The notes: a model not told the origin generated them from the sequence alone. A stretch of 64,000 bases of DNA from Octopus sinensis (GCF_006345805.1 NC_043003.1:8060001-8124000), one strand, 5' to 3'. Shown: positions 38,011 to 51,721, counted from the first letter of the stretch. Numbers and translations are program-made.

Positions 38011-41000
38011 TACATATATACATATATACATATACAACTGTATATATATATATGTGTGTGTGTGTGTGCGTGTGTGTGTGTATACATTATATGCATCCAT
38101 ATAAATATATAAATGTATATATATTTGTACATGGTATATGTATATATATATATATGTGTGCATGTGTATCCTCTTGTTTGTTCTCCACCACTTAAACGAT
38201 GTTGTTTAGATTTAAGTCAACCTCTCTCCCCTTTTTTCCCTCTCTCTCTCTCTCTCTCATTAGAGTGTATGAAAAGTCTTGAGCCTCAAAATAACAAAAT
38301 ATGGTACAAGTCTTCTGATGAAGGTACAAGACTTGACGGCCTCAAATGCCTTGAAGGCTCTAAACTTTTCATACACCGCATGTATGGATTTTTTTATAAA
38401 ATCGAGAAGACAATTTGGTTTGTATGGCTGATAAGAATTGAATGTGCTTTTCCTCTGCTCACTTTCCATATTGCTTGTGTCTACGAGACTTCACTTATCG
38501 AGAGGATGAAACGTTGACGCTGTCAAAAAACCATTTGCAACAGTCTACTTTTAAATCTATAATTCTTGCACATATCATTTCGCGACTAAAGTCCACTTTT
38601 CATTATGTTATATTGAGATATGCGAGAAACAAAACTGGTTTAAGAGGGAGATCTGGTTTAGTTACGAGAGGAAGGATAATGGTAAATTTATGTTTTACTT
38701 TCATGTGTTAGGTTTTGTTTCTATTCTTTTTTTGTATTTCCTTGTTTCCATTGTTTTCTGAACACCATAATATTTTGATGGTGAAGGACAACTGATCGAT
38801 ACTGAACGTCGAAGGTAATGGTTATGTAATATAAGCATGCTTGGTAGAGTTTAGTAATAAAGAATTTGAACTAGATGGATCAGACAGGAAATCAATGGAG
38901 CCAAGCTGTTGGTTGTGTTGGTAACAGTGTGGATGTTGCTACTGAGGATAATGGCAATATGGGATGAAATTGATAGCTGTGTCTATAATAGTAATATCCG
39001 TGGTGTTGGTGATGGCCTCGAGATAAAAAAAAATTTTGAGTTACCATAACATTTTGGCTCACAAACTTTTATAGTTAACATTAAATGTATGGAGCGAGAA
39101 TAGATACGATGGGTAGAAGCCTGAGGAGAGAGATCGATGTTTAGATCAGCAGAATCAATACACATATACATATATAGTAGCAAAGGGTGATAGTGAATGT
39201 ATCTAACTTCAGTATTTTTATCGATTTTAACAAGAACGAACATATGTGTCGAATGATTTAGGAGATGTAAGGTTACTTTCGACCAGGAACGGCTGGTACT
39301 CGTAAGGTGATTAATGGGTTTAAAACTATAAGAAGCAACGTTGGGTGGAATAATTTATCAGCCTGGTTATTTAATCAGTCTATTTAGAGTGTTCATTAAT
39401 TAATTCTCTGGGTAAATTAGAAAAAAACAAACTTCATGTTTCATCTACAGATATGAGGAGATAAAATCTTTGAATATTTGAAGACTTATGATAACAAATT
39501 CTATCATTTGTGACAGACGTTGCCTAGGAGTGAAAAATGGACTACTCGCCATCACATTTAATTTGTAACTAAGTATAATCGGTTGTCCAAGTCTATACTA
39601 ATGTCTCAGCTTTAATGAGATTTTCAAATAAGTAACACAACCTAAATTAACAGTCGTTATTTGTCCTCCTGTACCTTGCAGATATTCTTTCGAATCGAAA
39701 TATTCTACGACTATTGAAGTGTCTTCGATATCTTGGCTATCAAACTAACTGTTTGCCTGTCCTGTTAAGCACATGGCATTCACAATACTTATTTCCCAGG
39801 TGTTCATGCTTCATATTCGGTACATCATTCCCAGGCTTTCTTTCAACCACCTGAGTAACTTGGAACTTATGAAAGGAAAGCTTTATATCATTCAAAACAC
39901 GTGAAACAAGGGCTAAATAAAGGTCTGAAAACAAGCATGGGCGTTTAGTAGAAACTTATGAAAATTATTTCGACAGCTAGAAGGTTAAACATTAATGAGT
40001 CACAAGCGAAGTGATATGAACTATTGAGAAATTGTTGAGGATTGCTTAAAAATCAAATATATTGAATGTCTCAGGAATAATTGTTTATAAAGCCTGTACG
40101 TACAAAGTGATGGTACGATGTCATGTTTTACTGATAAAAAATATATAAAGTTGAGAACTAGCTATCTTGCATGAAATCTTGTTTGATGACGTAAATAACA
40201 AGAGCCATGGTTCCTATAAATCAAGTGCAGGCGAGTGGAATGGTATTTAGATATTGCTCAGAAGACCGGATTTTCGAATTCCCGACCCGGCGGCGCATTG
40301 TGGCCTTGAGCAAAACATTTCGTTTCACTCGATCGTGACTGTCCAGCTGTTTAATATTTTTCTCTTCTAGGAAATGAAGTCCAAGCTCAATTTGTAAGAG
40401 AAAATATTATCTGTTACTGTCTATATGACGCTAGACTAAAACAGATTTGTTTCAACATGTACATTGTGACAGAAACTGCTGAAATGTAGCATTTGTATAT
40501 AGCAGTTTGATATTATCAACAACTAAATCATTTTAAATAATTTACCAAACTTATTGCCATATTTGCGTTAAAATTACTTTCTCAAGTTTCCAAGTCATAT
40601 GTTAAATAATATAATCTAAGAGGCTTTCAGGCGAAATTCGCTGACAAACACTTCCACATAATTACAAGAGTATAAATAATGTATACATTTGTGCCAAAGG
40701 ATAAATACAATCTCACATTGCAGGAGAATTTAAAACAGCAGCCAGTAAAACGTCTAGCATTAGGCTTTGCTTGTGATGTTAAAATTTTAATTGATAACTC
40801 TTTTGAAACGTTAAGACAACTGAAAAGCTTTGCTACTGCATCTGTAAACGTGTGTTTAAAAGTCAATGAATTATAAACCAAAATAATGCTTGTCGCTAAC
40901 TTCAATCTCACAATCGGATGAATCATCTCTGGAGATAAAACATCCTATTTTAATATTCTTTTGCTATCTTGGATGTAATATTCTGGAGAAAGCCATAGCG

Positions 41001-41316
41001 ACATTTTCATAACATTTCTCTTTCTGCAGAAATAGTTTTCTTGTTTAAATAGTAAAACACATTCATTTCTTGACGAAAAAGTGATTAACTCATGACATTA
41101 TGTTCTGCATTATTCGAAATGCTTTTCAAGGTTTTCTAAATAGCAGCGAATGATTATGAGAAGATTTTGCGAACCAGAGAGAGAATCAAGTGTCAGTCAA
41201 TATTGAAGAATTCTGTCAGGTAGTGTATTGAGGAGAAGTCAAGCTGACAACGAGGTTAGCGTTCCTTTGGCAATAAACGTCAGTCAGCAGAACTGAAATG
41301 TCTAAGACAAGATATA

Positions 41317-41705
41317 TTTATATATAAAAGTGAGGTTGTGTGCTGTCTGTCTCCTACGATTTAGATTCCTAACTACTCCCACATTTTGCGGTGCAGTTTA
41401 ACCAAAACCGGGTATCTTATAGTCGTGATTCATATCGAGCCCTTCTGGGTATTAGCGCGCGTCTACGATGAGTCTACGATTTAAAAAAACATTTACCATC
41501 AATTTTTCCCATTTTAATGCATTTTTGGCATATATAAGGGAAGTAACTCTCTAAATATTTATTAAATCTCAGAACGTAAAAAGCTACAGTAACACCCGCC
41601 TTTGTGGTTAGCCATATTGAGATGGCTATTATACTTTACATCTCTAAAAATGCTTATATAGTTATTTCCCTTACAAACCCGAGCAACGCCGGGCGATACT
41701 GCTAG
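41317..41705 (+). mobile_element. Non-autonomous Helitron-like element (~390 bp)
   Basis: 5' t(t)tatatataaaagtg start; 3' GC hairpin cccg-a-gc-aac-gc-cggg followed by CTAG and a T flank; no TIR or TSD. Confidence 0.75.
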
Positions 41706-42292
41706 TTAAATATACGTCTCTGGGACAGCTTGCACACGGAACTGAAGCCTAACCTCAACCGTACTGTTGAATTAATGAGAGAAATGCAAATAGAAGCGGA
41801 TTAAAATCACGCTCGTTAATTCTCATATGTTGGCGTATATCACTGTAAACTGCTATCTAATTTTCAAATGCGGCGAATAAAGTACAGTGTATTATTCTAT
41901 GTAGGATCAGAGTGACACGGACAAGGAACTAAATTGCTTAATATTATGAACAGAGATCACGACCACTGAACATATTTCCATTCAGCCACTGAGGATTAAT
42001 GAATAATATTAAGATTTTCATTTCCACCAGTCCGTTCAGATACATAAACCGTGAAACAAAGACGTGATATATAAAGTAGTAAATTTAACGGTAAGATTAC
42101 ATAGTAGCAGTCCAAAAGCTAATGAATTGCCTGAGTATTTAATAAATTTTGGATTATTGCTATCAATATTCGCAGACAAGTAATAAAATAGTGAAATATA
42201 TTTACAAAGGTGAACTAAATTACGATTTGTTTTGGCAGAATAAAAAGTAATATTTTGAAATAGAATGAATATTCTTGGTCTGAATTTATCTC

Positions 42293-43343
42293 AGCAGTCT
42301 GATCAATAACTATCTGGACTGTTGCTATAGTAACGAAGTTAAGGCACGGAGAGTTAAGCTACTGGGCACAAGTTGACCTTCGATACTGCTCTGCATGCGC
42401 ACTAAATTTTAACGTTCTTATTTCTTTACTACCCACAAGTGGCTAAACACTGAGGGGACAAACAAGGACATACAAACGGATTAAGTCGATTATATCGACC
42501 CCATTGCGTAACTGGTACTTACTTAATCGACGCCGAAAGGATGAAAGGCAAAGGTGACCTCGGCGGAATTTGAACTCAGAACGTAGCGGCAGACGAAATA
42601 TCGCTAAGCATTTGGTCCGGCTTGCTAACGTTTCCGCCAGATCGCTGTTTTTTAACGTCCTAGCCAACTTCCACTGTTTACAGCAGTGCTTGGAAGGAAG
42701 GTGTGTAACGTGTGATCATCGCATTGACCATGGCATAGAAAATGAAGCAGAGAATCTGCATCAAATTTTGCCAAAAGCTTGGCGATACCCGTTCAAAGGC
42801 CTACGCCAAGTTTTCAAAACATTTTCATCGTAAACAAGGAGATGGTTTGCAGCTGAAATCCGAGTGTCCCATTGATCAGCTGAAAGAAATTTTGGCACAA
42901 ACTTGGCAGACACGCTACTCATACGCAAAACTCACGGATGGTGATTCGACGATTTCCTCCACACCCTGATGCAGGTTTTTCTCAGTTTTGCTGGTTGCGG
43001 GTCTGCCAGAATGTTCGTCACTATCGATATTTTTCGGCCATCTTGGAAACGTCTGAACCACTCGCGCACTTGTGTACGGTTCATACACTCCTCTCCACAC
43101 ATTTTCTGCAGGACTCTGAGGAGGTATCGCCATGACATTTCTCTGTCATGGTCAATGCAACAGTCAAACGCTACCCACCTTCCTTCCAAGCACTGTTGTA
43201 AACGGCGCAAGTGAACTAGAACGTTAAAACTTAGTGCGCATCAACAATAGCGTTCAAGGCCAATCTTTGGCAAGCGGTTTTATTCTGCATGATTTAGCTT
43301 CATTACTATGGCAACATTCCGGATACTTATTGATCAGACTTCG
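42293..43343. mobile_element. Fold-back mariner relic built from two inward-facing 5' ends, with a SINE inserted in the left arm
   Basis: Long imperfect inverted arms; plus strand MKQRICIKFCQKLGD and minus strand CGEECMNRTQVREWFRRFQDGR..DEHSGRP are both transposase N-termini; TA after the right end; no catalytic domain. Confidence 0.75.
42419..42649 (-). mobile_element. SINE B monomer with a 12-bp TSD
   Basis: ttttaacgttct (42407-42418) / ttttaacgtcct (42650-42661). Confidence 0.85.
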
Positions 43344-43514
43344 TATAACTTTTCTGTCATAGACACTGACAATCACCAAGGAATAACTTTCTACCAATCG
43401 AAATCTAGATTAGGTTTCATGTATTAACTTCTAAAATTTGGCTTGTGTAATATCAGAAGCAATGTAATCTACAGTTTGTTAATAGGTAGTGGGTAGCGAT
43501 TTTCTTCACTATTT

Positions 43515-43932
43515 CAAGGAGTGATGACCCTGCCTGACACGAGTTCCAGGCTCAGCTGGCTCCGGCTGACAGTACCCAGTATGGATCCCTATACAGGGTT
43601 ACAGAAAGGAGACAACCTTCAAAGACATCCGGAATGGAGCCCCGTAGGCGGTTTAGTGTTCGACTCGACACTCTTCCGGCAGCTCCTGCAACCTAGCTGG
43701 TGCCAAACGTAATGCTCTCTCTGCGCTCCTTTGAACAACGTCAGCAAGGTCGAGAGAGAAATCCTGACGATTGGGCTACCCAGGATTTTCCTACATCTAG
43801 CCTAGGCCTGCGCAAAACTAAAGAGGAAACTGGAGAGGACATGAAATGTAAAATCCAGACTGGATTAGTTTATGCGCAACTCCATTGTCTCCCGAGACAA
43901 AAGGATGCCAACAACAACAACAACAACAACAA
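43515..43932 (+). mobile_element. Possible non-autonomous RTE-related retroelement with a (CAA)n tail
   Basis: GC-rich non-coding block ending cgcaactccattgtctcccgagacaaaaggatgc(caa)n; resemblance to RTE ends is from memory only. Confidence 0.4.
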
Positions 43933-45735
43933 CAGCCTTTTGTTACATTCGTATGTCTCGAAGATTATTATCCTTTGGTGAATATTGTTGCAGACGAAAA
44001 TGAAAATTTCCCACTTTTTATCATATTTTGTGTGTAACTAATTTTGTAATTGAAAATTTAATGTTGAATCTTTGTTTAAAATGAAGGAAAATGATGTTTT
44101 CTCTTGCAAGCAGCATAATTAAAATGATGCTCTCCCCACAAGCAGCCTCGATGGGGTTCGAACGAGTACTCAGTTTATCATGGTTGATGCGTTTAACGCT
44201 CGTTGAGTCACCTTAACTAATAAGATTATTAAAGGTAATCAACAAGAGAGTTTTATAGCTGACAATCGTTTGCTAGTTTCAGTGAGGCATTCAAATCCTG
44301 ATTTTGATAAAGGTAGAGAAGGATCTGTTCAGTTAGAATGGTTATTAACGTTTGCTACATAAGACATTGAGTTACCGTTCATAAACCTAAATTAATATCA
44401 TGATTTAAAACCCTTTAAACATCGCTAAAGGCTGTTTAACCTCAATTCACATTTAACAGAACAGATGTATGATCAGAGACACCCTCGTTATAAACAGCTC
44501 GTCTTTCAGCATAACTAGGAGTAAGCTATGTGATGTGACCTCCTCGTTTTATGATTTAGACGAGATGTAGTTGCTATTTTTGTAGCTTTGGAGATCATGT
44601 AGAGTTCCAGCTAAATATGGATCTTGATGTCTTTTGATTCGTCAGAAATATGCAATTTTAGGTGACAACATTATACTAATTTAGCCTTCTTCTATATTTA
44701 TTATCCTCTCTGTTCTTGAATATTTACATAAAGTACTAACGTATTTAATCATTAAAAATTGATTAAAAGCTTTAGACACCCATAACGAGTAAATTGGAAT
44801 GCATATGTGATTTCATATTTACTCCATATTGCAAACATTCCAAATATCATCGCATTTATTAAAGCATTCGCTAAATGTGAACATTAATAGGAAAGTAGCA
44901 TGCCGTGCATATAATAACGCAATAAATGATACATTAGCAACGATTATACGTAGTTATTACACGTGGTAAAATGAATCATAATGACACAACCATACTGTCA
45001 AAATTGCATTAGGTGAACAGATGCTATCAAACATGAGAGCTAAACTTTGTACTACGCTCTTTCAAATGCTATTTAATGTAGCTGTTTTGTCAGATCAGCG
45101 CAAATCAGATCATGTCCACTTCTTGATCTCTTTCACCCGGATCTCAGATACGATTTAGATTTTAAAGCATAAATTCTGGAATCATAGATCAGTAATAAAT
45201 TTCATTCGGAATATTTTCTGTTTAAATATGAGACTTCATAGCCATGGATTATTTTGTTGGGTGAATGTTATAGTGTGAATGGTTGAGGAAGTGGGCCGAA
45301 GCACGGCGACCTTTATATAATGTCTCCTGTCCTGCTTGGACTGGGGAAGGAGAAAAGATATTAGGCGTAGGATGGTATGATGGCGGTGTGGTCGTGAAGA
45401 TCGTTTTACAATCACGTTGTTTCGGGTCCTCCCCTAGAGTGTGTTACTTTGGGCAAGCGTCTTTTGCTGTAGCCACGTGACAACCAATACGTTTTATGAG
45501 CGAACTTGGTAGAAAAATACTGCGTGAAAGCTTGTCGTATATACCGGGAATACCATAAAAATTGTCACGCTCATTCTTAAAACTTCTTAAAACCAAAAAA
45601 TGAATCGGTTTATATGTTTTCCAGATAAGACGTCTGGTCATGCTGACGCCGGTTTTTGTAAGAATCAGTGAAAATCTCATTGTGATATTTAGCCAGAAAG
45701 TGAACAGGCTGAAATGGTTTTGTGCCGGCCTCACC

Positions 45736-46460
45736 ATGTCTTCCCAAGTGAGCAATGTTGAGAGGGACAAGATCAACCGAACCTTCAATAATAGCACCGA
45801 TATTCATTCTCTGACTTCCATCTTGAAATTCCATTCAAGAACCAGCAATAGAATTGTGAATAAGTTTGAGAAAGAGTGAATAATTGGGGGAGGACAAAAT
45901 TAAGCGATCATTATTTCAATCTTGAGATGAAGAGATCAATCAGAAGAGATCCAACTCAATGCATAAGATGCTTGGCGCGTGAGAGAGGCGTTTGAGGTAT
46001 GGCAGTTCAAAGAGTGGTAACAAGAGACTTGAAAATAAAATCGTACATGCGACCTATGTGGCACCTTGTTACTCCAGGAAAAAAAAGGTTAGAAGGTTAG
46101 CGAGAGTGAAGATTATCTTGAACAAAATGTAACATAATCCTGGAGTAATCTTCTGCACAGATGAGTAGAAGTTCACCCAAGATATGTACACAAACAGATG
46201 CAACAGTCACGTTCTGGATTCAGTATGGGGACAGATTTGAGGATAGGGACATTTGACTCCATTTATCACCTGATTTGAACCCTTTAGACTTTAGCATTGG
46301 TCGGAAAATCTTGTGAGTAGCTTCACAGTAAGCTGCAAACTCTCAAAAGTTTCATCTGTAGGACATGAGAGGAAGACAGTGAAGAGTAATTCCTTAAGAA
46401 AGCTTGTGGTAGAGTCAGGAAGAGGATTAAGGAAATCATTACCAAAAGAGAAGCAACTCC
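45736..46460 (+). mobile_element. Decayed, internally deleted Tc1/mariner transposase (maT/DD37D-like)
   Basis: MSSQ..SILKFHSRTSNRIVNKFEKE (HTH), IRRDPTQCIRCLARERGV*GMAVQRVVTRDLKIKSYMRPMWHLVTPG, and LSPDLNPLDFSI (D at the third catalytic position); TIRs not identified. Confidence 0.8.
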
Positions 46461-46794
46461 TAACAGGTAGGGTTTCGGCCAGGATTAGCACTTTGAGATA
46501 AAACTTTAAGCTTCCATTCAATTTTATTCCAATCTTTTATGAGCTCCCAGTCCTCAGCTTTGGTTAATTATTTATGCAAATGTCATTTTCGTTCGTGATC
46601 AACTTCATAACGATTCATCTGGTGAGCTTGGAGAGTTATCAACATTTTAACATTTTTCTGATTCAAAATAGAGTCCAATAGTGTGAGAAGCATCTCTGAT
46701 AATTCCATTAAGTTATCGCCAAGCATTGCTGAGATACAAAAGTTCGAAGCTGAATCTAAAATTTTGACAATTTTACTGGTACGCCAGGTATATA

Positions 46795-46829
<35 letters not shown>

Positions 46830-47987
46830 ATGTATGTATGTATGTATGTATGTATGTATGTATGTATGTATGTATGTATGTATGTATGTATGTGTGCGTG
46901 TACGTGGATGGCAGGGGGCCACCCACATACTCACATACATACATTGTGTTGGCCCCCGCCACGCACACGGACGGTTTGACAACCGGTATTGGTTTGTTTA
47001 CCTCTCCGTACCTAAGTGCCATACTTAAAAAAAGTCGAATTGTTCGTCTAAAACTGGGGGTTGGTTTGTTCGACTATACAAGTTCAGCTGGTGCTCCAGC
47101 ATGACCGCATTCCTATGAGTGATACAAATTACGGCAAAAAAATAAGAAAGAGAGCGTCTAAATTTTACATGACGTTAAAAGAACTCCACTATTACGGGGC
47201 AGTTGTTTATGTCGCAGAGAATGGAAGTAAATTCCAAGGCATTTAAAGAGTATTCTCCAAAATATTCTTTTAAAATATTGTGAACCACCCAAACATTAAT
47301 AGTACTGCATAGAAATCAATGTCATTATGAGCGATATACTCGAAATTAATCTGTTCCATAGATTACTTTCTATAATTCTGGAGGAAATGACATTTTAATG
47401 AAAGGATTAGTTTTCCGATTCGAAACAAAGACACAGAAGGAATTGAAAAGGTTAAGAAAGGTTCAAAAATCTTAATGTTTCTCCAGAAGACCTAAATTAA
47501 TATATGGATCTTTTTAACCGATTCTGCGCATCTTTGTAAGGAATAATATAAATTCGCTTGACTTAATGCCAATAGAATTTAATATATAGCCCTAGGATGA
47601 ATGAAAGACGAAGTGAACCATGATTGAAATTACGAACAAAATACACAAGACTAGATGCCATACATGTTACTTCACTATTCTATGTGACATCTATAGAAGT
47701 TAACAGCTCTAATATAAAAGCAAAATTATCAATGAACATTGAGAGCGATCTGATAAAGATGCTATTGTTTTAACTTGGTGCTAAGCCAATTTCTCTTTTG
47801 TGGAGTTTGGTTGATTCAGTTTCTATGAAGTATTTAACATAATAACGTCTTCTGTGTGAAAGACAATATTTAGACCGTGTGACTTGAACTCAGAACAAGC
47901 TTAGTGAAAAGGAATGTACATGAGAAAGAAATGCTTCGGACATCCTCCATCGATACGACGAAAGGAATTAATAAACAAATGGATATG

Positions 47988-48171
47988 TAGGCATAGGGTT
48001 GGGGTGTGGTAAAAAACTTGCTTCCCGACCGCACAGTTTTAGGTTCGGTTCTACTACATAGCAACTTGAGCAAGTGTCTTCTACTATAGCGTCGGATCAA
48101 CCAGAGTGTTGTGGTGGATTTGGTAGACGGAAACTGAAAGAAGCTCGTCGTATTTGCTGTCTTGCCATTAC

Positions 48172-48249
<78 letters not shown>

Positions 48250-48575
48250 TGTGTGTGTGCGTGTGTGTGCGTACGTGTGCGTGAGTGCGTGTGCATGTGT
48301 GTGTGTGTGTGGGTGGATGCGTGTGTGAATGTGTGTGCCTGTGTTGTACGAGTGTGTGTGTGTGTGTGTGTATGCGTATTTGTGTCTGTGTTTGTCCCCC
48401 ACTACCGCTTGACAACCGGTGTGTTTACATCCCGGTAACTTAGTGGTTTGACAAAGGGTCCAATAGAATAATAACAGGTTTTAAAAAGAATACTACCGGG
48501 GCCGATTCATTCAGCTCAAAATTCTTCAAGGCGCTGCCTCAGTATGTGCGCAGTTCAATGACTGAAACCTGCAGC
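47988..48575 (+). mobile_element. SINE family C with an expanded internal (TG)n
   Basis: Both halves are collinear with 9026-9404. Confidence 0.75.
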
Positions 48576-49084
48576 AGATAAAATATATATGTCTTTCTTC
48601 TCTCCCGTCTCTGCACAGTCTGTACAAATATTTACACATTTTATACATCTCTGCCTCACTTCGAAATATTACCGAGTCAGTGATACATAATTCCATATTT
48701 TTGGCTCCCCTGTTTCGGAAGTAATATCTTCTTCTCAGCAGAAGTTATATTTAGGAAAATAAACTGCACCGCAATTGATTTATTCACAAGGTCGACATAC
48801 TGTTAACATAGGCTCGTCCGCCATTGTTTAGTCAACCTTTCCTTTTCCAAAACATTCATCAACCAAACCCGGAATAAATAGTAAGAAGAAATATAATCAA
48901 TCGATAAGTTCCCATTACATGCACCGATGTTTGTGGGTGCAGCGCAAACTTGATTTAACCGGTCATTTCCTATATAAAGATAAAAAAAGAAACAGCCATA
49001 TTTTATTATGATTATACTTTCCTGAGACACAAGTTTCCTGTGCTATATAATTTATATATCTTTGTAATTCAACTTATACATATG

Positions 49085-49435
49085 ATGATGTCAAGTTGTT
49101 GCCACAAGGACAGCTTGGGAGAGAGAATTAAGTCGATTACATCGACCCCAATGCGTCCCCGAAAGGATGTAAGGCAAAGTCGACCTCGGCGGAATTTGAA
49201 CTCAGAACATAGCGGCAGACGAAATACTTATTTCTTTATTGACCACAAGGGGCTAAACATAGAGGGGACAAACAAGGACAGACAAAGGTATTAAGTCTAT
49301 TAGATCGACCCCAGCACGTAACTTGTACTTAATTTATCGACCCTGAAAGGATGAAAGGCAAAGTCGACCTCGGTGGAATTTGAACTCAGAACATAGCCGC
49401 AGACGAGATACTGCTAAGCATTTCGTCCGACGTGA
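49085..49435 (-). mobile_element. SINE B unit followed by a headless unit
   Basis: Minus-strand junction agaaata|agtatttcgtc near 49228. Confidence 0.75.
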
Positions 49436-50314
49436 AGTTACACACATAGTAATGGTGTTTACATAGGACCTTGACTCTTTCATGCTTTTCTCCTCTCGCT
49501 TTTCTCCTCTCGCTTTTCTCACTTGGCCGCTAATAACATAAACCCTGCCGCAACAGCTGAAACTATAACTCTTCAAATCCTTTAAATCAATATGTTGTCC
49601 CTACTGCTCCCAGAAGAACATCAACGATCACATGCACAATTCGGTGAATCTCATTTCAGGCTCCTGTAAGATACCCGGCATTAAACTCACATAATATCAA
49701 CAAATGGTGCGTTTGATTTAATTAGCGAGCATTTCAATAAAGCTTCTAAGTTAGAATTGGAGGAAAATCCCTTGAGATAATTTCTACAGCTACAGCGAAT
49801 CTATTTCGGAAACTTATTCTGAATTGCAAAATATTACGGTATGATAATACGCTTAATAAGACTAATAAGACACCATATACACCGGTAATATACACCTCTC
49901 TCAAGATAACTTGACTTTTAAAATGTTGTTCGACTCGCTGGAAATAGCCTTAAAAATCTTTCCAAACTACAACTGGCCAGACGAGAATGGTTGTGTCAGA
50001 ATATCGATAAACAAAATCTTCCGCGACGGGGACTGACTTGGGTTTTTTAAAAAATCCACATCAATAAGAACCTTATAAGGCCGTCACTTTTCACTTCATC
50101 ACTCGATATTCTCTTGAGACAATCTTATCATTTCACGGGAAAATCACTCCTGGCAATTCTTCATTAAATTTTCTTCGTTTTAATGCAGTATGATTTTTCT
50201 AAAACAATTCGTCGTTTTATATATATATTTTTAGCTGTATGTACGAAGGCAATACTAGATTAGCGAATCATGCATATACGAGTGCTATATACATATACAT
50301 AAATATGTATATAT

Positions 50315-50353
<39 letters not shown>

Positions 50354-50371
50354 TGACATATATATATATAA

Positions 50372-50725
50372 ATTTTTATTTTATAGAAGGAGAGCTTTTA
50401 CAGGACTAGAACTGTTTCATTGAATGAAACAGTTCTAGTCCTGTAGAAGCTCCTTCTATAAAATAAATTAATTTACTCACTATGTATTGAGTACCTTATT
50501 ACTGTGGTTAACCCCGACTCAACCCGGGACCTACATATATTATATATATACATATATATATATATATTTTTATTTTATAGAGGAGCTTCTACAGGACTAG
50601 AACTGTTTCATTTGAATGAAACAGTTCTAGTCCTGTAGAAGCTCCTTCTATAAAATAAATAATTTACTCTACTATGTATTGAGTACCTTATTTACTGTGG
50701 TTCCCCGACTCAACCCGGGACCTAC
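50372..50725. repeat. Tandem pair of ~160-bp units, each containing a ~45-bp-arm hairpin, within (TA)n
   Basis: tttattttatagaaggagcttctacaggactagaactgtttcatt..aatgaaacagttctagtcctgtagaagctccttctataaaataaa occurs twice; the copies differ mostly by small indels. Confidence 0.8.
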
Positions 50726-50737
50726 ATATATATATAC

Positions 50738-50768
<31 letters not shown>

Positions 50769-51067
50769 ATATACGCACATATAAATATGTTTTTGTGTGT
50801 ATTGAAAATAGAATTAATAGCTTTCGTTGTATATTGATTATAGGAAACAATCTAATACTAGAGCACATAAAATATCCAAGAGCAGACAAAAGCAGGCATT
50901 AGTGCGGGTAGGATCGGTTTCCACATGTACTGCGGCCCATTTCTTTTCCCTGCGGTGGATTATATCCCGAAATATTAGACTATTTTCTATAGGCATATAG
51001 GGTGAAGGGCTAAAATCCTATTTAGAATATTTCATTCACACGTTTACAGATATATGCGCAGGCACGC

Positions 51068-51124
<57 letters not shown>

Positions 51125-51721
51125 GTGTGTGTGTGTGGTGTATGGCAACAAAAAATGGAAGTGTTAAGTGTGGTGTGTCACTTTAGTTATGTTTATGTGT
51201 TTGTTTTATAATTTTAATCATAATTATTATAATATATGAAGAGAAATACGATACTACAGTAATCCTCTTTAACACATGATATGTATGTGCTATGGTATTT
51301 TGTACGTAATATCAATTATATATCATAATTATATATATATATATATGTGAAATAGAAAGATTAATACTGTTGTAATTAATCAAAGTTAACCGTCCTTAGT
51401 AGCAAAATCACAGCATTACCAGCTTGTACAACATCTGGCGTTGCAACCGGCTTGATAAGAAATTAAAACATTATTGGTGAATTGAAGAAATGGAGCTGAA
51501 CGCAGATTGAACAGAAATCGTTTTATTCTTCTACACTGTGTTCGAAAGGCACAATTACCAAATCCGATTGAATATGGGACCATATTGTGTCTTTCTCTAT
51601 GGCAGAATCCGTTAGGAAACAAAAACAGAACAGAGGCGGGCAAAAACAAATCGATATGCCCTAAGAGCCATGGCGATGATAAAACGATTTCTGTTCAATC
51701 TGTTCATCATAATTCACCAAT

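Noticed and set aside
40627-40926. Overlapping 65-99 aa ORFs with protein-like composition
   Set aside because: No recognisable motif or convincing splice sites.
43515-43700. HDV-like ribozyme at the 5' end of the putative RTE-related element (also tried at 25015)
   Set aside because: Could not assign consistent P1/P1.1/P2/P3 pairings by eye; needs a descriptor search.
46900-46970. Small inverted repeat gtgg..gggggcca / tggccccc..ccacg
   Set aside because: Short, interrupted and built partly from microsatellite sequence.
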